Source: Nageia nagi (Eukaryota; Plantae; Pinophyta). Taken from it: 64,000 bases of DNA. The stretch is from assembly GCA_050084985.1 (NCBI GenBank), contig JBITNC010000001.1, positions 187,860,001-187,924,000 on the forward strand, given 5' to 3'. This document shows positions 1-12,700 of this stretch, piece after piece. The notes beneath the pieces are model-generated. The model was not told where the DNA came from. It worked only from the letters and a program-made list of their open reading frames with translations, and made no database searches. Numbering within the stretch: position 1 is the stretch's first letter; every line of letters starts with the position of its first letter. The position numbers were made by a program, and so were the translations under genes.

Positions 1-501
1 ATATTGGCTAAACCACATGCATTTTTGTTTGTCAAGCCTATACCTAGGTTTCATTGAGTTTTCTTGCTGAATCTGAGTTTCAGCATTAGTTCAAGATGAT
101 TAATGGTTAAGCTTCTAATTACCACCAGATACGGACATACACAACAAACTTTATTTCAAATTCTAATAGAAAATTTACACTCGAAAAGATGATATATATA
201 TCACTTGAAGAAAGATGTTATCCATATCCTTCACACACAACACTTCTAATTCCAATTAGATACTGCCTGAAGTTTTATTCAAACTCAAAGTCATGTCTCT
301 TCGATCTTCTCAGCAATCTTTTCAACACTAGAAATATTTCATTCATTATGTCTGAAAATCTAATTGGTAGTCATGTGTATCCAATTCTGAAATTTTCAAA
401 CTTGTCAATTCCATTCTTAAGACAATGTCGATGAAATGCTTTGATCTACATGGATATACCCTGTTTGAAAGATTATACAAAGGAATTGAGAGAATACAAA
501 C

Positions 502-735
502 CTCTATCGGATATCTACGGAAGGCAGGTTCAAAACGACTTTTGCAGAATGTGTGAAACCATATTGTAAGTATTGGCAGAGCAATAAGTGCAGGTGTCAG
601 CTGGGCCGCTGCTGTTGTACTCAGCAAGCCCAGCAGTAGAACCTGTGATATGACTAAGCCAGCAATTATACGAGAATGAACAAAGGGCCAAAACGCTGCT
701 GCACTTTCATATTCTTGGTTATATACATTAATTAC
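502..735 (-). CDS. OSCA1: OSCA1/CSC1 exon VINVYNQEYESAAAFWPFVH...RFEPAFRRYPIE
   Basis: Within ORF 346..846; tttcag acceptor, gtttgt donor, 234 nt. Confidence 0.95.
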
Positions 736-3700
736 CTGAAACATGAAAACTGTAACTGCTGAGCTTTCAAGAGTTAATTCGCATGGTCCAAGAATGTAAT
801 TACTTGAAAATGAATAACTCAAAAAATATAAGATGCCTTGTAACATTATCTGTGCTCGGACTTAAAGATCTTGATTCCACAGAATATTTAATAGAACTGG
901 ATAAGGGTTATTTATTGCTAGATTTGGCAACTCATATAATCACTTTCATGATATCAACAAGTCACACAGGATTGTTTTTGTGACCTAATAAATGTGAAAG
1001 AAACATTAATTCATAAAGGATTAAAATAAGGTACATAATGAACATTAACAACCCAAAGGAGAAGCCTGATCCAAATTACGGATCTTGTTCAAACATATAT
1101 ATTAATAATGATAATGCACTCTGTCTATTGTTATTATTGTTAATACATGGTTTCAAACTTAACTGAATACTAAAGAGTATTGTTAGATACAGTCATACTC
1201 ATTGAAGTCAAACATCCTTGCTTCAGAACAGATATATAAATAATCCCTAATACGTCTTAAAATTATGATAGATAAGATCATTTTATTAATGTTCATAGAG
1301 GTGGCTTCAAAAGAAGTACACCAATTCATACTAGAGGAAACTAAATTATGCAAGATCTCAGAAGAGAGGGTGGACCCAGACATGGATGAAATCCTCAATA
1401 CATCAAAAGTACCAAAGTGAAGGAATCAACAACCTAGGGGGAGAAGCTCAACCTAGGAGCTAAGATGTCAGCTCTAATTTGTAATGGAATGCAAAGTAGA
1501 AACAAAGCCATCATCATCACCAATTATCTCGACAAAGCAAAAAACAGGATCTAATGAGATTCCTAGGAGAATGACCAAGACCATAGTTATCAGACTTGGA
1601 CTCAGCAAGGTCCCCTCGGGGCTCAGGAAAAAAAACAACTGGACTCGGCAAAAAAAAAATCAAACTCAGCCAAACTTGGCTAGACTTGCCAAAACTCGGT
1701 CAGACTTGCTGTAACTCGGTTAATCATAGGGGACATCGGATCCAACGCCAAAAACTCTCCTACCATCCATTGTCAATGAATCAGTAATGTGTGGTTATTT
1801 GCAACTCTTGGACAAGTGAGGACTGACCAACACCTGACACCAAAGGGAAATAGCCCTAGAAGCCACTATTGTGGGTGGATAAGGTCACACAAAACTAACA
1901 TTGTTGTTCTTTAAGGTTGTAGTCTCTACTGAATATTTATTACTTCTCGTAGAAGGGATTTGGGTGAAAGAATAAAGTAATTGCTCAAATGGTTATCAAT
2001 CTCTCTTGTACCATCCTACATGTAAGAGTGAGAGCTTCTTAAAGGAACAAAGCCAAGCTTTTATGATTTAAAAAGAAGGAAAAGGTGGATAGGGACATTC
2101 TTGAATTTCTATACAAGCAACAATCCTTTCCTTGAGTCTTGTAATAAATAGGACATCTGAAGATGAAATGTTCTTCAATCTCTACCTCGTGAAAAGAGCT
2201 AAGGCAACATACTATATCCTCTCAAGGAATATGGTGGCTTGTCACCATCCACAACTGATGAGGGAAAACTCTTAAGTGACCAAATGAGATCATGTGGTTG
2301 TGTCCAATGTCATTGGCAGCAATCAACAAAAGTGATAATGCCATCCTCAATCCTCATGAAATGCTTCAAAAAGTGATAAAGCCATCCTCAATCCTCATGA
2401 AATACTCCAAAAAGTGATAACACCATCCTCAATCCTCATGAAATGCTCCAAGTATAAGGCATTAAGGTAGAGAGATCCAAGTGACTTGAATATATTACCA
2501 ATATATGTCATCTGACCATATGGTTAATCACCTTTTTACAAAGAAAAAGGCAGAGAGAAGCATTCAAAGAGTGTAACTTAATGGAGGTAGTCATACCAAC
2601 TAACTAAATTAGTGATGGTCTTCGAATACCAGCCTCAATGTTGTCCAAAAGTGCCCATGGAGGATACTAATTCTAAAAAACAAAGAGTTACGTACAAGTA
2701 TCCATTGGCCCAGTATGCAATCCCCTATGGATATAATCTGATGAGGAAGAAAAATAACTCTGAAGAGATGGTCTCAAGATAGAGAGGATGAACTCTAAAC
2801 TTAGATTGAAGAATACGTTGTGGAGCTACTCTCTAACACTTGATCATCCATTGTAGCAAAATAATTTGGACCCTCTCAATACAAGCCCTATCAACACACC
2901 CTAAACTCAAGCTTGTAAATTCATATCGATAATGGATTGTGGTTAATTAATGCAATTGAAGAGGCTCATCTTTGTAGGAATGTCCTAGCAGTATAATTGA
3001 AAAAATTGTTGGTTTGGTATTAAGAGGGAGGCATATCCCTTATAAAGTTGCAACTGTGAAGCTGACTTGAGAAGTGTAAGTTGTGGTTATCTCAATCAAC
3101 TTACCTTTGTAAAGGAATTAAAGCTAGAAACAATATTTTTGGAGATGATGAAGATCATCACCCTAGTCTTAAATCATAAAAGTGAGCAAGAGCATCTGAA
3201 CCTTGAGAATATGACAAAGAAATAAATCTTCAAGCTGTGAAATAAACTATAGCCATCATCAGTAAGAGTGTTTTCACAAATAAATTCTTCAAGTTCATCA
3301 ATGTAGATAAGAGAGTGTGAGAGAAAAATGGTATCCTTGTTTGATTCCAATAGTGCTCTAAACATCCTTTGAAATGCAGATGTCATCTGAAAATGATCAA
3401 CAACTACCTCATGAAGTCTCTTGATAGCAATTATAAAGATCTCTAAGATGCCAATGTCTTGCAGCCTCTGAAATAACATGTTTAGGAACTATGGTAAAGG
3501 CTTTGATAAAGTCTACAGAGTATTAGAAGACCAAAAATTAACCTCCTTAATGAGAGATTTAAGAATACTGAATGTATTATCATAAACATATTTATAGTTA
3601 CATATCATGACAGTCTTGTGTACTAACTGACAGTCACAAGAGACTGGCATAATAACAACCCAACAAGATAAACATGAGCCTCCTATAATTGCACACATGC

Positions 3701-6700
3701 AGCCCATGATATAATAATCCTACCATTTAATAAAACCCTAGATAATTGATAGTAATAGAAGACCAAAATATGGTTGATAGTTTGATGTTCACCCCTAAAA
3801 ACTTGTCATTGATGAGACCATAAAAAGTGCCTAGTGGGTCTGAGACTCTCAATGTAGGCATTGAAATAATCTAAAAGAATGACAACACCCAAAGAGTGTC
3901 AATATCTCCAAGTAGAGATCCCAAGTCACCATCAGAGCATATGACAAACGAAGATGATGCAAGAGTAAAGTAGCAATATGACTATAAAGGTTTCACCAAG
4001 AGAAGGAAGGCCCCTCTGAATTCGAAACACAACCCAAATCATGAACACCGCTTGAAAAGGTCTGAATATATGTGTTTCAAGCCTAAAACTTGAGGCCTAA
4101 TGACAACCACTAACATGTGTGAGGGCTCATTCAAGGCCTTCATGTCTTTGCAAGGAAAAAAAATATTCAAAGGTATAATAGCATGGAATGTACCAAAAGA
4201 ATATTGTATTGCCACATTAAAATTCCAGTAGGCCAAGGACAAGACCACCTTGGAGGAGAGGAGACACAAATCACTGCTCACAATTATAGATCATTGCCCA
4301 CTTGTTATATGTTACTCAGCTATCTCTTGTGCACATGCCTTCTGTAGTTCATCCATCTTAAGTCGCATGAGATCTTCATCCAAACAGATTTCAATGGGGA
4401 GATTAAATAGTTTTGTCTTGGCTGTTAAAGGCCTCATATGTTCCTTGATTGACTGAAACTGAATGAAAAGAGTGCCACAAGGACAATATCCTCAAGATCC
4501 AATGTTTCATGCAAGAAATAACAATGAAAGGATCAAAAGGCTTTGGAAGACCTTGGCGTTGGGCCTGAAGGTTGAACCCTTTGGGGTGGTGTTCCCTTTC
4601 TTCAAGAAATTTTCATTTTTAACATTCCTGTGTTGGATAAGGGTCTATGATTGCTTGTGTTTTATGTTATAGTCATCCTCTTGGAAGCTGAAGATCATTT
4701 ATTTATTGGAGGTGTGTAGGGTCATTCTAGGGTCATGAAGCTGATTCTAAACCTGTGTTATTTTCACTCTAAGTTTAGCCCCAATAGAACTAAAAACCCT
4801 CTTCAGTGCATATGCCATTGTTAGCTAAGGATGCAAATGATCCATACAATGATTGGTAGACATGTTTCAAATGTTGTTTGTAATGTGCATGAGTAGCATA
4901 AATGTAGAAAGAAAGAAGGAAATTTTATTACTTTCTACTAGTAACCAAAGTAGACCAGAGGGACTTGAAAGGATGCAATCAGATAATGAAGTTGTGTGGG
5001 AACCCAAAAATGGCACTAAAAATTAGGCAAAATTTAATGTAAACAACATGTTTCAGGAACATCCAGCAGTCAAAACAGTTAAAAATAGAGTTGGGCCTAA
5101 CCAATGATGCAGTGACGTGTGGTAGAAAAAACAATATCATCATATAGCACTTCCTTGCATATACAGGGAAGATCCATATATCTACAATCTTGGTTATAAG
5201 AGTAAAATGTAACACAAACTTCTAACAATTGAGATTCTTAACAAGAAATATAGAGTCGACTTGAAATTAAGCAAAAGACTATTTTTGGGAAAAGATATGC
5301 AGTAGCCAAACTTAACATGAGACCACACTGCAGAAATTAGACCATGCACTAGGAAATTGATTTTTTTATTAGACTTCACCTCTTCACTATCATAGAATAG
5401 ATGCAAGAGTCTTTCTCAATGATCAATTCCAAGGTTAATTGGGTAATATGCAATATATGGGCTTTCTATGAATTCTATAGTTCATTTCTTCCTTACTAGA
5501 AAACAGAATATGCTAGTATACCATCAAATACAATATCAATTAAACATGTGTAAACAACATATACTACATAATAGCGTTAGAAACTGTTGTACCCGCACAA
5601 CACAACCCAAGATGCAACATTTTGGGGACCCTATTTTTGCAAAGGCCATTTGGCGATAGATAGTTCATTCTGAAGAGTGCAAACATGATATCAGGGAACG
5701 ATTTAAGGCGATCATGCAACGAAGACCCTAAAGAGTATCAGAGATTCCAGCCGCCAGATTTGTAGCCAAGGAGCCAGGATCTGATAGCTATTGACAGAGC
5801 ACGAATTTTTGGCTCTAGAATGAGATCAATAGAGATGGGGCCGTTTTGGTCAATTTTAAGCCCAAAAAGGTGAGCATGACCAAAAGGTGCGTTTTGGTCA
5901 GTTTTGAGCCTAGAAAGTTGGAAAATGGTCAGTTTCATGACAAAGTGCATTTTGGTCAATTTTGAGCCCAAAAGTGGTCAATATGGTAAAAATGTGCATT
6001 TTTGCACGGTTTGAGCTCGAAAAGCTCGAACATGACCAAAAGTGCAAAGTTGAGCTCAAAATGACCAGAAATGCTCAAAAATGCCAAAAATGATTGTTTT
6101 TTCCCAGAAATGTCGAAAATACACACTTTGAGCTCGAAAATAATCGAAAATGCAGAGTTTGAGCTTGGAAGTGTTGAAAAGTGCGTTTTGGTCAAGTTCA
6201 AGCTCGAAAAAGATAGAACTAACCCGGATGATAGGGAATTGATCATAGGTGTTCTGAAACAGCTGATACTACTGAAGGTGGTGGACAAAGGCTATTCACG
6301 GGATGCTGTGAGACAGTTCAATGTGCCAAACTATCTATTTCGAAGCTTTCAGGACTCCCAATTCTAGGGGATGGTGTTCCCAAACAGTGAGGATAGAGTT
6401 TTGTGACAAAGGGAGATGAAGAATACAATTTCAGAAATATTTGGGCTTGGAACTTTTCAGTTCCGACCGAAGGGGCTTCCTAGGGGTGAAATCAAGAGAT
6501 AAGTGTTTTGACTTCCAAGAAATGTGGAGTTGAGTTTAAGCCTAGAAAAATGAGTTTTTTCAAGTAAGTCAAAATGAAAATCTGAGAGAAAGGTGTGATG
6601 CCAAATGACAAATCAAGGCCACTTTGCTCTTGGAAATTTTGAAAAAACTCAAGTTTTGCCCTCCAAAAATCTAGGGGGGAGTTTTCTGACTTTTGGCCCT

Positions 6701-9700
6701 TTTCCATGAATCTTGAAAATGGCCTATTCTTCTCAAAACCTGCGCCTACCTTTTGGGAGGCCCAGATTGATTCAAAAGTGAAATTTTTGAGCTTGGGAGC
6801 ATGGAGATTGCAATTCTACATCAAATTGGTCTTTCAAGTTTTGCAATTTTGACAAGATTTGCTCCCTCAAAAGTGGGAAAAACAACAAAGTGAGCAAAGA
6901 GGAGAAAAGGACAGCCAAAAGAAATGCTTCAAATTTTCCAAAAATCCAAATTCTCAAAATGAAAATCTAACAGAAAGGTGTGATGCCAAATCCAATTTTA
7001 GGCACCTTTGCTCTCGGAATTTTCGGAAAAATACAAAAAATGCCCCCCAAAAAGCTAGGTGCAAGTTTGGCATGTTTTCCCTCACTTCTCCAAAATTTGA
7101 AAATGGCCTATTTCCTCCAAAACCAGTGCCTACCCTTCTTGCACACCAAATTTGCCAAAAATTGAAAATTTTGACCTTCATGAGGTGTAGGAAGGGATTT
7201 CACACAAGTTTGATGATTTGAGTTTTCCAAAAAAATGAGATTGTCTTTCAAAATCATCAAAAATTGATCAGCCAATGCGAGAGCTCCAATATTTTCCAAA
7301 GTTGGCCAAATCAAAAAAGAAGAAAGAGGTAGGGTGGCAAATCCAAAGATGAGCAACTTTGCTCTTGGAATTATTGAAAAAACTCAAGATTTGCACTCCA
7401 AAAAGTTAGGGAGGGATTTACCAAGTTTTGGACCTTTTCAAAACTTTCCCAAACATGCCCAAAACCTTGAAAACCTGCGCCAAGCTTGGGAGCACTCAAA
7501 ATTGGTCAAAAATCAAACTTTTTGATCATAGAAGCATGGGAAATCCACTTTTGCACAAGTTTGATGTTATAAGTTTTTTGAAAAAAGTGGATCTACTCCC
7601 TCAAAATCATGAAAAATGGATCAGCCAATGGGAGAGCTTGAAATTTTTTCCAAATTTTTCAAAATTGCCAAAATAAAAATTGGTAAGAAAGGTAGGGTGG
7701 CAAATCCAACGATGAGCAACTTTGCTATTGGAATTATTGAAAAAACTCAAGATTTGCCCTCCAAAAAGTTAGGGGGGGGATTTACCAAGTTTTGAACCTT
7801 TTCAAAACTTTCCCAAACATGCCCAAAACCTTGAAAACTTGTGCCTAGCATTATGGGGGCTTAAAATTTGTCAAAGGTGAAATTTTTTAGCTTCATGGGG
7901 TGCAAAATTCAATTTTACACCATTTTGGTCTTCCAAGTGCATGATTTGGACAAGAAAAACTCCTCCAATCATGGATTTGCCCTCGAAAATGGAGTAAATC
8001 ACAAAAAAGAAAAAAGAAAAAATAGAAAACTTCAAATGTTCAAAAGTTTGACTCAAGATCCAAAATTTTAGAAATCAATTTTGATGATTGATTTGAGTAC
8101 CCATTTCCCTTGTGTGGTTTGGATCCAAAAAAGTGAAGAAAAACACAAAAGATTCTCAAGATCCAAGATCTAAAGTATGAAAATCTTCAATTTTCCAAAA
8201 AAAAGAAAAAAAAAATTGGAGATCATGTGTAGAATAAGAATTCAAACACTTTGGCTTTTGAAATTTTTGAAAAAAGAGCAAAATTGTGCCAATTATGCCT
8301 AGGCGCTCATTTCCAAGTTTTCCAACCTTTGGCCTTTTTTCTCAACATTGGGTATGAGTAGAAAACTCCAAAAATGCAAAAACACCTTATGGAGCCTCCA
8401 AAATGCCCCGTCATGAAAAAGCTGCAAATCCTCTCAAAACTTCCCAAAAATCTTAAAATCTTGCCCTTCATCCATCCATGAGATCAAAACCACCTTTTAA
8501 AATTTTTCCAAATTTCAAACACCCCTCCCTCTTTTCCAAAAAATCCACTTTTTCGGAAAATTTTCTCGGAATTCCTTGAGAATTTGCCAAAATGACCACA
8601 TCAAAGGCAAATCTAGAATGAAAGAAAGAAGGAGCTCAAAAGATTGATGAACAGATCCAAAATGACGATTTGAAGCTCCAAAGTTTGCCAAATTGATGCA
8701 AACTGCCTCGAAATTCGTGCCAAAGGGCATCAATTTTTGTAAATATTTTATTTTAAGCAAATTTTAGTATTGTTCTCTCACTAAACAACATTGTAATCTC
8801 AATTTAGCATTCAAATTAGCATTTTTATGTTTTTTTTAAGAATTAGAGCAACACTTGAAATTTTGACCTAATTTGCCTATAAATAAGAGGCATGGGGTCT
8901 CATTTTCACCAAAGCTCATTTTGTGAAAGAAGTGAACTTTTGTAAAAGAGGAGCAAATTAATGTATCCTTGCACAACTCTTTCATAAGCTAATACCAAGT
9001 GGTTAAGGTAAAGATCGAGCTTGTTTATCCATTTGTGTTGTTGTGAATTGATTCTTAAGGATTATCATTGTTCGTTTGACACTTTCGCATTCTTCCTTTG
9101 AAAACTCGCAAGTTTTAGGGAAAGTATCATTTCTTTATTTTCCTAAAGTGTTGGAAACCAATCTTTGATAGTTTCTTGGTTCATAGCATGCATGTAGATG
9201 TTTACATCCAAACTAGAGGTTTACATCCAAACTCTTGTCCTTCCCATGTTCTTCCACCATGTCCATTTGATTGCATCGATCTTGCTTGTAGAGTATCGAC
9301 AATCAGTATTCCTTCCTGCTTCTCTTTGGAACAACTCGAAAATAGTTGTCTGTTCGCAAAGTTGGATGAATTGGATGAAATCCCTTAGATGAATTGGATG
9401 AAATCCCTTAGCTGATCCGAAAAAGGATGAACTTTTTAGACGATGCTTTATTGTGGTGATTAGTTTGGTTTTTGACCAAGTATCCGTTTCCGTTTCACAA
9501 GTGTAGTCTCTCACTTTATAGTATTTTACTTATTCTTTCTTTATGCTTTATTTATGCTTTCTTCATGCTTTCAAACCCAAATATAATCGTTAAGTCTCAC
9601 ACAAATATTTCGAATAAACTCTACATCAAATAAAAAACGTTGGTTAACAGACTGCTACCTCTCATTCAAAAAACAAAAGTTTGCATATCCTCCCTTCTTG

Positions 9701-12700
9701 CGAGCATTGTAGTGTTTGTATCTAAAACAAACAAGTGCCACTTATCAATGTTAGCTGCAAGAATACACATAAGAATATCATAATTCAATTTTTCATCTTA
9801 TATTTCTATTTATATCATTGTTTTTGGAATCCTAAATGTACTAAGTTTCTTACATGGATCCCATCTTGCCATGTCCAATCAACCTAAGGCATAGAAAGAG
9901 AAACTATATTCGATGTCACTACATCATCATCCTTGATATCTTTGTCATCACTATATCCACTAGTAGTACAGCTAGGTCCTGCACCTCCCTCATACTCCCT
10001 TACATCCATGGGATCCTCCTCCAAGTACTCTATGGATTGCGTTGTCATAGTCATCCATCACTCTACGTAAGCCTTGATTATCTTTGCAAGTGAATCACAA
10101 TTCGACTTCTCCCATTCTAGGGTCCAAGCAACATAGTAAATAACACCCTCAAAAAGATATCTCTCTGTTGCATATTGAACCACATACAAAACAAAGTCAA
10201 GAATATAAGATTGTGCCTTAAGACTCAAAAAAACATCTCGACAAACTTGTGTTGAACTGGCACCCAACAACTCCTTCAAATCTGACTAAGCTCATGTAAG
10301 CCCTCCTCACAACCAACAAATCCCAAGTATGGTCTTGACATTTCTTGAGCTTCTATGAATTCATCTAACTAACACCTCCAATGCTATGTGCCTTGAGTTT
10401 GTTTTTTGCAATCAAAAGCAACCCACCTAGCCCAAAAGGAAAGTCAATATCAATGACAAAGATGTGAAGAATAGGTGAATGAAGAATGACAATGTGGCTC
10501 CCACAACAAAATCTATAATAATTGAATCTTTCCCTGTTTTGTGGTAAAGACAAAAAGATCATGATATAGTTGTCCCACGATAGTTAGACCCCACACATAG
10601 CACTTTTGTTCTCTAATCATGGCTATGATGATGTACACCATGCCAATAAGAAAACTCTCATATCAACACAGATAAAAAATTATAGAAATTGAATACCTGA
10701 AAATCCTTCAGAAGGACTCAAACATGCACCATCCAAATAACAATCGCACTTCCCATAATTGTATTGCATTGAGCCAATCGAGTATTGTGCTAGCCTTATC
10801 CCCCTTCTTTGATGTCATTGGCTCTGGGAACACTAATCGACCATAGCTGAAGACAATAAACATCCTTCAAAATGATTTTCATCTTTACCATAGGCTAGTG
10901 GAATTTATTTGTATCAATGTTCTAACTCTTAGTCAAAGTAGAGTCACTTGGGCACAATCTAGAACCAAGAGTACCACCCCCAACATCGACAACAAAATCA
11001 CTATCTACAAAGTTTCTATCTCCTCAGCAATCATCTCATATCCACACACATTCTCAATAACTATTATTTACATAATATGGGAAATAATAGAAAATTGATG
11101 CCCTTGATGGAAAAACAGTAAAAAAATCAATAAACAGGCGCAAATTAGAAACGTAATTTTTGGTACATTTCAGGCCCCCTTTGCCATTTTGAGCACTTCA
11201 GGCTATACAACTTATAGACGATGGGTGCTCTAGGGTCCATTGCCGAGAAATCGGACTGATGCCAAATGGGCTCAAAATTTGCCACCAAAGTGTGAGATGC
11301 TAGGGTTGATCCTTTCCACAAAGTAAAAATCAAAACTTTGGAAATAACAACCTAAAAATAGCAAAAGCGCATTCTAAAATCTTAACTAAATCTACAAAAA
11401 ATCATCAGAAAAATCAGCTTACAACATGATCCCTTAGCAATCCTCGTATGAAATCAGCCTTCCTCTCCATTTAGGCGATATTCTTTCAGACCATAAATGT
11501 TGTGACAGAAAGAAAATAAAACTCCCAAATTGTCCACAAAACTCAACAAAATCAGGTATACACACTCTTATCCCTTCTCTATACTCCCTTTGCTCTTTGC
11601 AATTTTCTTCCCATAAAAAAATGGCTATTCCTTTGCATTCTTCCCCTTTTATAGATTTTTCTAGCTTGATATTTTATATTTTTAATTCCTTTTAACTGGT
11701 TTATGAGCTTCAGCATTAACATCCGCAAATCTAGGCATCAATTTCAAAAACAGAGCAAACCATGCGATCTCCAACATATCACAAATACATGATGAAAAAT
11801 TTACTCCAATTCTGGCACAAATCCCAAAATGCCACCATTTTGGGGCCACAGGCCCAAAACGCCAACATTGTTGCACCTAGGCCCCATAATGACAACATTC
11901 TAGCCCCAACGATCTAGAATACCTATATTCTATCTTAAGTCATTTTTGGTAATTTCAACTCGATTTGCATGCAAAATCATAGCAAAACGTTTTATCAATT
12001 ATCTATTTTTTAATTTTTATGCATTATCATTTTTATATTGTACTAATGATTTCAAATTAACATTTTTGTGAAAACGCATTATTGTTTCAAACTTGCAGGA
12101 TTATCAGCCACCAGAACATGATCACATATCGCCCAACACATAGGGAAACTCAGAATTATATAGCAACATTAATATCAGTTTTATCATCTGAATTATTGGC
12201 TTTTAAATTTCTTTTCTAATTTATCAAAAATCATGGATTATCATACTCTGAATTGATCAAGAAGAGCTACTTCCAAGCACAAATATCAGTATTTCATGCG
12301 GTGTAGCAATTTCAGAGGTTATCAGTTTTGCCTCCAACTGTTTGTTTCAAGTTGCCTATTTAGAATAACTCTTCAGAAGCAGCTCAGAATAAAAGGGGCA
12401 ATCAATATCATTTATTTCACTCTTAAAAAAGTGCTCATTTAATATCTCACCTGTCCTTTTCAACCCTTGAAGCAACTCATCCATATCACAGCAAGTTTCA
12501 TCATTGTACGCTTTTTAGAAGTTATTTCTTTTGGATAACATTTTTTTGCAGAATCTTTGTACAGGCAATTTTGTAAGGTTTCATCAAGCTCTTATACCTT
12601 TATATTTTGAGGCAAACTATAGACACTTAAAATTTCATTTCAATTATTTAAAATGATTTTATTTAATTGTTTTACTTGATTTATACAAAATGTCAATTGT

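Noticed and set aside
1579-1730. Small ACTCGG-repeat element, and a TAATCG-repeat tract at ~18670-18825
   Set aside because: Probably MITE remnants, but TIRs and TSDs could not be defined.
5738-8760. Many 60-120-aa F/K/L-rich ORFs
   Set aside because: Spurious translations of A/T-tract-rich repeats, mostly without true ATG starts.
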